A DNA stretch of 64,000 bases. Source: Antedon mediterranea (Eukaryota; Animalia; Echinodermata). The position numbers and the translations under genes were made by a program. Location of the stretch: contig NC_092674.1 in the NCBI RefSeq assembly GCF_964355755.1, forward strand, positions 20,398,001 to 20,462,000. The letters run 5' to 3'. A model generated the notes under the pieces. It saw only the letters and a program-made list of their open reading frames with translations. It did no database searches and was not told the DNA's origin. The number at the start of each line of letters is the position of its first letter. The stretch's first letter is position 1. Positions 52,440 through 64,000 of the stretch are shown piece by piece.

Positions 52440-55400
52440 TATGTAGATGTCTGGACTGAATGGGTATACTGATTATACAGCATTGGCAAGAATAACAGCA
52501 TTTTATTTTATTCAGTTATCAAAATAAAAGAAATAACAAATAACAAAAATCTCAAATACTGTGAGAAAGATGAAAAACTTCAATTTTACCATAAAAATTA
52601 GGATGCCAGCCTTTATAGCATACAGCCAGGAATGTGTGATACAGTACAGTAAATAGAAAATATACAATCAATCACACGCCATTGATTTTGGAAATCAGTG
52701 GTTCGGTGAACTTGCAATTAATTAGATTGCCAATTGAATTTTGTATCTCAATTTTGTATGAAATATTTCTTGGGAATGTGTTTGAAAGACCTGATCTATG
52801 ACCAACCAATCTTCTAATTCCATTTAATAATTAAGTCACCTACTGTACTACTATTTCATTAATTTTATAATAATATTAATAAATCTATTTTCGCATGATT
52901 ACAGTACAATCTAGTGGTATTCGATGATCATGACATAATAAATAATTCAGATATTTCAGAATTTCTAGGATAGTTCAGTAATATATTTTAGTAGCCTTAT
53001 ACTGTATACCCATTTTATAATATGGTTCTATGGTTACCGTATAAAACAGACATTTTATTTCTAAATTTGTTAAAAGACATGTAATAAAAATGTCTAGCTT
53101 ATTTCATGTTCTGCTGTTGTCGTCATAGTTAAGAACTGCTTTATATGCCTTAATCCCTTCAAACAAGATATTTAATGTGCAACTATAAATAATTTACATT
53201 CAATTTAGTGGACAAATTTCTTTAGCGATTACAATAAACTTCAAAATGATATCTAATACAGATGTTTTGCATGTCCCCTCTCACTTTGCTTGATGTCACA
53301 AACATGCAACAGGATTGCTTGTGTATTGACTTAATTTTACTGTACATTTCAATACTATATGAATGGATAATTTTAAATGGAAAAAATTATAGACCACCTA
53401 CAGTTTACTGTAGTTTACTGTAGTAAGGAGAAAAGCTCAATTAATGCATCTTTTACATTAAACTAATATTTTATTTAGGTGTTAGTTCATCTTACAATGT
53501 TCCTAATATGAATTCATTAAAATACAGTATGTGGTTGTGGGATAATCATTGATTTAGATAGAAAGCAATCTCTTAATATGTTTATACAGGTATTGATGCA
53601 TACTTACTGTAAAACCTTGAAAAGAAGTACAGTATAATTTAAGTACAGTAACATTGTCATCTTAATACTGCTCACAATACAGAGTACATGGTTTGCTGTT
53701 AATAAGAAATGTTACAGTCCACTAGTCTACACTCAGTGACATGCATAGCAAAAACTAAAATGCCTGAAGACAATAATTACAACTATCTGTTTGTTGCCCA
53801 GAAGGGAAACATGCAAACATTTTGAATAATTCATTGATCTTCCATTCCAATGGGTATTCAACGATGAATAAGGCAAATTTAACGGAAATTGTGTAAATAA
53901 AAAATTAATTTATATATCTGTACTGAAATGTTAAGATTGCAGACATGAACCAGTTGTCTACATTATTGTACAGTACTAACATTAATTTAGAATTTGCAAA
54001 TTTACATCTCTTTTTAAACTTTGACCTTGATTATTTATCTGCATAAGTAGTAGAGTAAGCATTTACATAAGTTTGGGTGATCTAAACTGAACTTGTTGAT
54101 TGTGTGTGCTGTATTTTAAGATACTGTACCACTATCAGACAAAAATAACAGAAAGCACGACTCTCTTCCAAACATTAAAGCCAGTTATCATGAATTACAG
54201 TATCGCAATACCGCTGACTAACATTACAGTACATCTGGGGGCTTATGATTATGAAAAAATATTATTATGGGAAAAAAAGAATTAAAGACATAATATCCAC
54301 GATAAAATCCTTCCATAATGAAAAATCATATATTACTTGAGCTGCAACGGTCAAGAATATGATTAACTGTAAACACCTTTTCTTGACACTAAGTGCTCTT
54401 ATCATATTTAAATTGAATAAGAATCAATACACCTAAATTGGTTTAAAATCCTAATTCCAATGGCTCCAAGTTGCATACTACTCTACTGTATGTATTACTG
54501 TAAATTCAAAAACACATCAAAATCCAGGTAAAGTAGATCTTGAATCAAATACAAGGGTGAATTAATGTAGGGCAAAGGTCAATTCACAATCAAACATGAC
54601 TAAAACATTAGTAGAAAAAAATATACATTTTAAAGTTAGGAGTATTTTTTTTATGAAAAATATTATTCAATAAAATTATGGGTACAGTAATTTAAGTTTA
54701 ATAACCAACACCAAAGTACCTCAACAATTAAATTTGTTATTCCAGATCCTTTTACAGGGTACTGAAGATGCATCATCATATTTAAATTGCTGTTGCAATG
54801 CATTGTAACATTGGAATAGTTACACCTGTATGGTGACGTTATGGGGAATAAACTGTTTGAAATCTTATATCTTCGAATTTATAAATTGGGGCTAAATAGT
54901 TCAATTTCATCCTAATGTAAATTTGGATACAAATAATGTTCAATTACTAGTTGACGATGATTTTTCTAACATTTTCAAGACTGCATTGTCTTTTAATATA
55001 AAACATATTCTGAGTTTTACCACAGAGCTAAATGTTGAAGATCGGCAAATGCTCTACAAACCATGTTTGAACATTAAAATAATCTAACATCCCGTGTGTA
55101 ATGGTTGCGTGTGGTGTACAATTTGAAATAAATCTGCTGTTTCAAAAATCCACCTCATGAGGTGGATTTTTCAATTACACCTTAAACCGCAAGCTGATTT
55201 ACCGCAAGATAAGGAGCAATTTTACCTTTAAATAGTGTAAAGAGATGCATGAAATATGACCCTGCTGGGTATTTTCCACGTGTAAATTGTTCTTCCGAAC
55301 AATCACTGATTACACATGTAACTGATTTTACGTCCGACCACAGCCTATAAGTGTGCACTACTATTACATTACAATTTAATACTAAAGTACTGTAAGTCTG

Positions 55401-56376
55401 TAGGCCTACAATGCACTGTTGCATTCATAATAACAGTCATTACAAAGTCACTAAGTAAAATCTAAGTGTTCTACACAAGCATTTACAAAAATGGAATTTA
55501 ATTTACATATTTGGCCCACTTGAAAATATTTCTATAGAAAACAAAAATTCATTGGAAATATAAAATCAAAACATGTCGCATGCAAGCAATTACAATTGTT
55601 GGAAATAATACATTTGTATACAAAAGTACTGCAGGCAGAGAAAATCAATTTAGTATGACATGCATTTCAGTATGTAGGCGTCCAGAATACAAATTATGTG
55701 ATAGTGACAGAAGTGAAGCTATGTACAGTACACGATGACTGCAATTTATAATGTTTCATTTAAATCCTGTGGGATGGGATGTGTATAGTTTGTGTGTAGA
55801 TTGAAATAGATTTGAAACAGTTGAGAGAAAAGTACTAACTGTACGGTGACAGACAGACGTAATTGTACACTAATAAAATGTAGTAAAAAATACACACTAA
55901 ATCACATTTTATGGTATTGAAGAAATACAGTACAACATTTGAACATACAGTAGTCAATACAAATTGAATGATTTGAAATCAAGTGCACAATCCTAATGAC
56001 AGCCGAGTATTTATCTTAATGCAAAAGAAGATATGAAGGATTATTTACCGGAATATTTAATAATTGTAATGAGATGAGTAATTAATTCTCTTAATAAAAA
56101 ACATACTGAACAGAAACAAAGTTGCAAAAAACTTGACACTTTGTAGAATATTGTAATGGTTGTGTTTACAAAAACATGCCGATTAAAAAAAAACTAAAAA
56201 GAACAAAATGCCTTATTCAATCTTTACGTACAGTACAGTACGAAAAACAAGGCATTGGATACCGTAATAATTTGTTGCGGTGAAATTTGTTGAGAAAAGT
56301 AACATAATTTGATTCTTTCTTTAACATCTGAAAGGACACTACAGTTAGCAGTATCAAATGATCATATGTACCATTA

Positions 56377-58561
56377 GGGCAATTCCATGCAAACATGGAC
56401 ATGACCAAAAAAATTCAAATTAATTAGTCAGCTCAAAATTTGTGTTTATGTTACTCTTTGAATATGTGGGAACTAGGTTTTTAACTTTTTCAATTCATTT
56501 ATGACTTTTTGCAGCCAAAAAATTACGTTTATTCAATGTTGAATATATATTTTTTTTTAGGTGTGAAAAATAGGTAATTACGTTAACTGATTATTATTTT
56601 CCCAACAAAGCAATATTTATAAAGTAACATGTCTAAGTAATACGGTAGTACACTTAAGATATATGGAAAATATGATATAACTACAAATGTTGAATATCCC
56701 ATATAGGAGTGCTGTGTATATTCTGTTATATATTAGGGTATGTAATGCGAGTGACAAAAAAAATGATTTTTTTTTTTTATACCATCATGATGATAATTTT
56801 TTTTAATGAAATTTTATAATTTAGCTATACTACTTTGAACAATTAAAATTTGACAAATAAAAATAAAAAATCCCCGTAAATACAAAATTGTTGAGACATT
56901 GAAAAGTGAAATGCGAGTGACATGTAATGCGAGTGACGTTAAAAAATGGACAATGTAATGCGAGTGACATTACTAAAACTCTTTTTTTTGTAAAGTAAAA
57001 TAGTAATTAATCTATCATTAGTTATGAATTAGTCCCAGAATTAGTATATACATTAATTTCATAATACAATGTGTGATTTGGCCCTTATTTGGAGGCACTA
57101 CAGTATAATAATTATAGCATTAGGTTTGTTGAGGGCACAATCCCTAGCAACGACCTTTTTGCAGTTAAATCATTTGAAAAATCAAATCATTATAAGAGCT
57201 CATTAAATAAAAAACACTAAATCTGGTGAGATTTAACAAATTTGGTACAATCTTTTGTGAAGATAAGAAGGTAAGAATAAGTATACATTTATATTTAATC
57301 ACAATTTTTAAGTTTTTTTTTCTTATATTGTTAGTGTTAATTATTTCAAATTCTATAATTTGAAAACACCGCATAGGCCTAAGGCTATAATAATTTATTT
57401 ATATATTATTATTTATATATTATTATTTACTAGGCATATTTTAAACCACCAGGTCTAAAGCATTGTAGTTTTAAAAACAAAATATATAATTGCTTATTAT
57501 TTAAAAATAATTTTAAATTATCATTCACATTTGCATCCTGCCTTTAGAAATGGCCGAACGACAGAGAAAGTACCTAGAAAAACTGAAAGCCGAGGGAAAA
57601 TACACCTCATACAGAAACAAACAAAATGAAATTTCGAAAAGAAGTAAAAAAGTAAAAGAAAAGAGAAAATTCTAGCTCTGCCACCAGCTTTGAAGAAGCA
57701 GAAGATTGATGCTCTTAAAGTTGCTAATAGAAAACGTGTGGCTATTAGTTCAGAGCAAAGAAGGCTGCTTTGGCATCAGACGGGCCATCACCTTTTAGAA
57801 GTGCTATGGCTTTGCTAAAGCCACTACCAGGGCAAAAAGAATGCTTGATGCTGGTTTGCGAAGAACTTTGAGTTCCATAATTTGTAAAATGGCTGTTTGA
57901 ATTTTCTATTTTCATTTTTAGTGACCGTATAAGTGTTCTGTTACTGTGTTTGTAAAAAATCAAGATGTTCTGTTAGTGTTCAAAATAGATGATGTCCTTT
58001 AGAACTTCATCCAAATGAGTTGAAATAAAAGTTTTTACTTGAAAATTGATATAACATTCTTTGAGTGGTTTAATGTTGCATTATTTAATTATTGTCTACT
58101 TTTCTTTCTGCTTTGCTTAGTAAATACTAAGTTCACTTCTTACGGTAATGCGAGTGACAGTAATGCGAGTGACGGGACTTTTTTGTTAAAATGTAAAATA
58201 TTTTTAAAATCTATGTAATGTTGAATTTTTTTATTATCCTATTTTATACTTTGAAAGTACAGCAATTAAAAATATAAGATCTTTTGATTCATATATTTTT
58301 AGTTTAAGGACACGTTCTTATCAAATCTAATCAAATTTTTGTTGTGTCCTTTTTGTGTAATGCGTGTGACAGAATTTCGCAATGGCGTCATTGTCGAAGT
58401 AAAAGACATACAATTTTTTTTATAGTATTTTATTAAAGACTTGCACCTAAAGTATGTTCATATAAAACATTGACTTAAAAATCCAATTAGTATAGAAAGT
58501 ACAAAGCTTAGACTAACAAAAATGACTGTAATGTGTAATGCGAGTGACCATGGAATTGCCC
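56377..58561 (+). mobile_element. Internally deleted Sola2-like DNA transposon (~2.2 kb)
   Basis: TIRs GGGCAATTCCATG / CATGGAATTGCCC, 4-bp target duplication ATTA, repeated GTAATGCGAGTGAC subterminal motifs, frameshifted basic ORF remnant at 57550-57880. Confidence 0.8.
57550..57880 (+). pseudogene. Frameshifted transposase N-terminal remnant
   Basis: MAERQRKYLEKLKAEGKY../..RAKKAALASDGPSPFRSAMAL/AKATTRAKRML; resembles my recollection of Sola2 transposase N-termini; no catalytic domain seen. Confidence 0.6.
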
Positions 58562-58599
58562 ATTACAGTATCCTGCAAATTTGCCAGGTAAACTCTAGT

Positions 58600-59035
58600 C
58601 TCAAAAGCTCCGTTAAAATCAGGCAGACAGCAATTAAAAACTAAGAACTGATTAATGACAGAGTTAAATCTGGGAATGTCTCCAGAATTAAGTTGTAAAC
58701 GCATACTGTGTCATGTGTGGGACCCAAATTGTGGAATGACTTGAATTACGAACTACAAAGTACCAAATCAATATATATATTTAAATCATTGTTTAAAGAA
58801 CATTTATTATCATTTTACAAATAATTTTAAAAATTATACTTGTTGCAGGATTTAGCTTTTTTATTATTTATGTTTTAGTTTTTTAGGCTAGTTAGGGACA
58901 TAGGGGGACACAACTAATCAAGCTCTTTTGAGTTTTTATGTGTTTCCTTTTCATCTTTTTTATGTTCTCATATATTGTTGTTGTATATTTTCATGATAGA
59001 GGATGAATAAAGAATATTTGAATTTGAATTTGAAT
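58600..59035 (+). mobile_element. LINE (L2/Crack-like) 3' end
   Basis: GPKLWNDLNYELQSTKSIYIFKSLFKEHLLSFYK*, a 3' UTR stem-loop, AATAAA and a (TTTGAA)n tail. Confidence 0.75.
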
Positions 59036-60686
59036 CCTAAGTACATAATTTCAAAAATCAATTAACTGTTTGTACCTTAAAAAATATATTAATCCATTCT
59101 ATTTATACTTTAATCTGAACAATAAATTTTATTTTAGTTTTTTTTACCATTAAAAATCCAATGCAATGTCAGTTAAACTAAGCGCCTAATTTAATTGAAA
59201 CTGTGATCGCTTTTGGAAATATTCAAATTTGTTTTGTCAACATACTGTAACTGTTGTAAAAAATGTTTGTTGACTTTTAAGTACAGTATCATGATACTGT
59301 ACTGTATTACTATTAGCATCAACATTTAACTTAATTAGGCCATAATCTATAATTAAAAAAAACCTTATATTAAATAATAATTCAACAAGGATCCTTGCAA
59401 TGGGAACTATTCTATTTAAAACCCATTTTTCAAGATTGTAATTCTTTCCAATAATGTAGAAATGGGTAATCAAAAAAGAACTGATCTTGATCACCAAAAA
59501 CCATTTCAAAACGCAACCAGTCTCAATTTGACCTCATGTCAGGCCTTGATGAATAGCTAGAACATAACTAGTGTACACTCTGTGGATAATACAGTCATCT
59601 GTCACAGTTATCCATAAATTAGGTCGCAGAGTGAAAAATATTACACACCGATTTTGCCAGCAAGATTGGGGCAAGAAAATTATACATAAAATAAATACGT
59701 AGTATGAGTAGTAGAATAGGCCTAGCCATTAAAATCATAGACCAGACATTGCTGGACTTTTCTGTACTTAGATTAGTTGACATACTGTATATCAATAATT
59801 CGGTACTTTGCTTAATTTGCCGGACTTGATTTTTGGGCGAACACTAAACAGGCCCTACAGTATGATACAGCCAGCGGAACCTGACAGGTAACTTAATATT
59901 AATACAGAGTGCGTCAGGAAATCTACCGAATGGTATATTGTTTTGGCAGGAAGCATTAGTGTGTATATTCTCTATAAAAGGATAAAGCTGGACAAGGTGT
60001 TGTTGTACTTAAGAATTACATAAGTACATAATTCTCATTTCGAAACCATTTTAGACTGCAACCTAGATTCATTTTGTAATGTTTTTTTTATTGTATAATG
60101 TGTAAATCTATACTAGAAATTTATATGAAGACAATAAAACTGATATTCAAATGTTAAATAAACCACTGAAAATATCAAAGACAATTTCAAAACCCATGAA
60201 AAATTGTCTTAGGTTGTGAAAACAGGGCACACAACATCCTTTTAGAATTTAACCCTCCACTGCAGTACTGTAGGCCTACCTTTTCACATGCATGTTTAAA
60301 GCGATACTGTGGTTGCTGTTCTATCAATGTTTGCAAGGTCATTGGATTGATTCTTCTTTTAGTCATATCCGCGTTATATTATAGCGCTGCTTTGTCCTCT
60401 GAACTCCCAAGAGTGCTGACAAACTCTAAACTCATAGGACTTTTAATTCAGCATTAACAAGGTTTTTTTTTTTTTCAATTTCTGGTATTTTGCAATTAAA
60501 ATTGTTCCTACAGATCAATACATTTTAAATCTTCTTTCCGGTCATATTTTACATGATTGATATGATGAACAAGTTTATTTGGCCCAACATCAATTGTTAT
60601 GGATCAATGTCCATAATACTTTTCCATTTTTACTTAAAAGTTATTCCTGAGACTGGGAATAAGTTCATGGTACAATAAACAATGCA

Positions 60687-61942
60687 TCATCCATCTACAG
60701 GTTCTCCTAAATATACCATGGCTACTTCTGTGTTGCCATACACAGCCGATATGGCTGGGTAGAGAGTTTCATTTGGAAGGCCGCGGAATGCAACTCCCAT
60801 AAATTCATACCCTCGTTCAAATGCTAAGTAATTGTCTTCCATATCCAGTATAACCCGTATTCGTTCTCCAACCTGAGGAAAATAATTTCCAGTTTTAATC
60901 TGTATTCATAGTGACTGTATAACATTTTATAATGACTGGTAATTAACAGGACATAGGATGATGTTAACTGGATAGGACAGTCACTTTGTTTGATTTCCTT
61001 TCTTGTGAGTGGAAAGGAAGGTTCAGGATTCGAGAGGTTTACAGTTAGGTTCTTTAAGGGAAGGTTCCCCATTAATATACATTCTTTCTATGTATGTTTA
61101 TGTACCGGTACTGTGTGTAACTTTATTATTTTCTGTGTTTTCTTGAGTTTTGAGGGTTAGCCTGGCTTTCCCCACAATTCATTATCTTTTTTGCGCTCCA
61201 TATACAATGTGTACAAAACAAATAAAAAGTAATAAAATTTTAATTTGATCACAAACCAAAATATATGCGAACAATCCTAAACCCTGTAATTTGAACTAGG
61301 CTACAAACAAGTTTTATTATTAAGAACAGCGATTAAAGAAATAATAAATGGGCTTCATACCTCATATTTCGGTGGATTATTGCACTGGGGGAAATTTCCT
61401 TGTTGGTCACCATTGTGTAAAAGAAAATTGTCCACAAGATTCCAGCCCCAGCTTTTGTCATTGCTACCAAGTAATCCTGTGTAGCCAGGACATTGCATCG
61501 GGGCATCTTTGGTTGCAATGCCGACAACAGCTACCGTTCCAAGTGGACCTTCCCACCAAATTTCCCAAGTGTGTCGACCCGTTTCAAAGCCACGTTTTCC
61601 CCTTGCACCATCTGTACTTTGTGCAACTGGACTTCTATGTAATACAAACCCATTCTTTTTTACAAATACATTTTGTGAGCAATCGTTCGGGTTCCAAGTG
61701 TAGTAGAGCGCTCGAAGTTTAGATTTGTACGTCGGGACGTTTGACAGAAAGTCTCCGTTCAAAACATCTTCTGCGAGTCTTTTTAGACATTGCACCCGCC
61801 AGATCATACTGTCTTCATCATTTAGATGATTGTGCCAGTGTTTACAAACAAGCGAAACATTTAAAAGATCTGGTAAATCCAGTAGAGAAAAGATTATTTC
61901 TAAGCAAGTTTTAGGAAGATCCGCCCATGAGGATACAGCCAT
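60687..61942 (-). CDS. FBXO45: F-box/SPRY domain protein 1 (FBXO45/Fsn); 2 coding exons, 255 aa
   Basis: Exons 61942-61361 and 60872-60687. F-box ([29 protein letters not shown]), SPRY ([45 protein letters not shown]), C-terminus [37 protein letters not shown]. Confidence 0.97.
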
Positions 61943-62214
61943 CTTGAATTGACCCAAAAAAGGTCACTCAACAAAACTTCATACATTTTCAAAACAATAG
62001 AGGGCGATAAAATATTTGTATCAATGCCTCCCTCTCTGTCATTTCCTTTTTTCGAGGTACAGAGTACAGTATTATAGATTCATTGATAGTTGTTGATAGT
62101 CATTTCTCAAACAATACCACACAGATAAAAATATAAATATTTTGTTTTATTCAGCTGTATTTCAATTTACACACACATTTATATTGCATTCGATGAATGT
62201 TTGCAAATCATTGT

Positions 62215-63180
62215 TTTAGACCGGCAGCCCAGAGACATTTGGTTAGATGAGCTAGGTACCAATATCTGACTATTTGAGTGTGTTGGGGGTCACTTGAAGT
62301 GAATGAAAATGGGAGTCTGTCGGGTACCCCCTGCTGCGTCTAGACCGGGGGGACCCCGAAACGTGCTAAAAAATCGGCACAGGTTAGATGAGAGAGATAC
62401 CACCTAATTTTACCACCATGGGATGCCCATTGGCATCCTTATAACAGTATCACAAACGACAGACTTTTTCTCTGCTGCAAAAGGCCCGCCAGACCCCCCG
62501 GGGGAGGGCCTAAAATGGGGTTAGCATAGATGAGTGAGGTACCACTCAAAATCAATTCCAAACGAACAAGTTGTGTTCATACAACACTAAATGGATAACA
62601 ACAGACTAATTGTCTGCTGCACCGCAAGTGCCAGACACCCTAAAGTTAGACTAGAGGCCCCCCTTCCCCCAACTAACCCAGCTTAGATATTGTAGATACC
62701 ACCAGCAACCAATGTTATATGATTTAGCACATTGTAAGCAATACCAAATGACCTATTACAGACTATCTGAACACTGCCCTGGCCCTGGCAGACCCCTCTA
62801 AAGTTAGACTAGAGACCCTCTTTCCCCAACTAGCCCAGCTTAGATATTGTAGATACCACCAGCAACCAATGTTATATGATTTAGCACATTGTAAGCAATC
62901 ACCAAATGACCTATTACAAACTATCTGTACACTGCCTTGACCCTGGCAGACCCCTCTAAAGTTCGACTAGAGACTCCATTCCCCCAACTGGCCTAGCTTA
63001 GATATTGTTGATACCACCAGCAACCAATGTTATAATTATGATTTAGCACATTGTAAGCAATACAAAATGACCTATAACAGACTATCTGTACACTGCCTTG
63101 GCACTGGCAGACCCCTCTAAAGTTCCCCCATTTACCCCAAGTATATAGCCTACCTTAGATATTGTAGATACCACCAGCAG
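62215..63180. repeat. ~140-158-bp tandem array, ~3.5 similar plus ~3 diverged units
   Basis: CTTAGATATTG.(A/T)GATACCACCAGC near 62682, 62839, 62997 and 63154; diverged TAGATGAG..G(G/A)TACCA anchors near 62243, 62384 and 62528. Confidence 0.8.
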
Positions 63181-63584
63181 CAAAAAAATAACCACCCAAA
63201 ACAACATGTTTAATTGAATAAAGTTTAACTTTAATCGAACTAACACAAAACAATTGAAAATATATCACATCAATGACGATAAAATGACCATTACCATTCT
63301 AAAGGGGAAAATAGTTTAAGAGTTTCAATTAAAACTTATATATTATAAGCCAAATATATATAACAAGTATGGATTCGGGTAAATTTAGAATTCCTTTCCT
63401 TTGGATGTCAAAGATACATCCGTCTGTAACTCTTGGACATATTTTGAGAGAAAGCTTAGTAATCACCCTAATCAAATTCAGGATTGTAGTAACTTAATCT
63501 TAAGTGATTTGATTAATTAATAGTGGGTAATTTTAAATGCTGTATATTATAATCTTAATCCTGTATTCATATGTATATATATAT

Positions 63585-63756
63585 ATTTATAAATCCAAAG
63601 GCAAATTACTGAAAAAATGACAATGCTGTGGGTATCAGTGGCTGGATCTCAATGGAGATACAAAAAAAAGCGAAAAGCTAAATCAAAACGATAAAGTAAA
63701 ACGCCAGAAAAGTTAGCAGAGCTTTCGCGCAACACTAGCCCTTCATCAGTGCAAGT
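63585..63756 (-). mobile_element. Penelope-like pseudo-LTR / retrozyme-type repeat, copy 2
   Basis: Homologous to 32471-32628, with an extra 17 nt (CATTGTCATTTTTTCAG) between CAG direct repeats; hammerhead at its 5' end. Confidence 0.65.
63715..63755 (-). ncRNA. Minimal type-I hammerhead ribozyme motif (Penelope/retrozyme type)
   Basis: - strand reads GCA-CTGATGA-A-GGGC-TAGTGTT-GCGC-GAAA-GC-TC|TGC: intact CUGAUGA/GAAA core, short stem I, stem II with one mismatch, palindromic AGCU stem III typical of dimeric minimal hammerheads. Confidence 0.75.
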
Positions 63757-63842
63757 CTTATATAGATGCGTTGAGGCTGCAAACGTGCTCAATTGGAATC
63801 AAGAGCGAATATATATTTTTATAAAGTAGATGGAACACGGAC

Positions 63843-63885
63843 GTCTATTACACGGTGTTTCACGTTAAACGATCTTCAGATAGAC
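63843..63885 (-). ncRNA. Type-I hammerhead ribozyme motif (second, unrelated stems)
   Basis: - strand reads GTCTAT-CTGAAGA-T-CGT-TTA-ACG-T-GAAA-CA-CCG-TG-TA|ATAGAC: perfect 6-bp stem I, CUGANGA and GAAA core, stem II, stem III, GUA cleavage triplet; U-U at the base of stem II is non-canonical. Confidence 0.72.
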
Positions 63886-64000
63886 TGAACAATACCGTAT
63901 CTCGATCGAAAAAAATATAAAAAAAAAAATTATAAATATATATAATTTTTTTTTATGTACTTTATTTATGTAGATATGTAGTACTGTATCTATTAAAAAA

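Noticed and set aside
61348-61722. Antisense and alternative-frame ORFs over FBXO45, COPS6 and CDC20 exons (also 41180-41548, 25150-25431, 31141-31380)
   Set aside because: Shadow ORFs of real coding exons.
22638-61942. CDC20, COPS6 and FBXO45 as a functional ubiquitin-ligase gene cluster
   Set aside because: They act in different complexes, are widely spaced and differently oriented; without synteny evidence this is likely coincidence.

Overview
AT-rich, intron-containing animal (invertebrate-type) genomic DNA; not prokaryotic, with no CRISPR, rRNA or tRNA seen. By joining GT-AG exons in phase I reconstruct three conserved genes: CDC20/fizzy (+, 10 coding exons, 528 aa), COPS6/CSN6 (-, 8 exons, 325 aa) and FBXO45/Fsn (-, 2 coding exons, 255 aa). 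A fourth gene, mostly invisible in the ORF track, has 3 coding exons (+, 220 aa) and encodes a signal-peptide-bearing acidic protein with dibasic sites that I do not recognise. The rest is a ~22 kb stretch with no recognisable gene, many MITEs (Harbinger-, Kolobok-, hAT-, piggyBac-, Tc1/pogo- and Helentron-type), a deleted Sola2-like element, LINE remnants, minisatellites and many recent 2-4x tandem duplications. Most notable: (i) two different type-I hammerhead ribozyme motifs in tandem upstream of FBXO45, plus a decayed sister copy downstream of CDC20; (ii) the orphan granin/neuropeptide-precursor-like gene; (iii) strong, regionally segregated excess of TA-x-TA words (TAGGCCTA, TACAGTA/TACTGTA) resembling DNA-transposon excision footprints; (iv) triplications hitting the COPS6 stop codon and a splice donor. 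All counts are by eye; no database searches were run.
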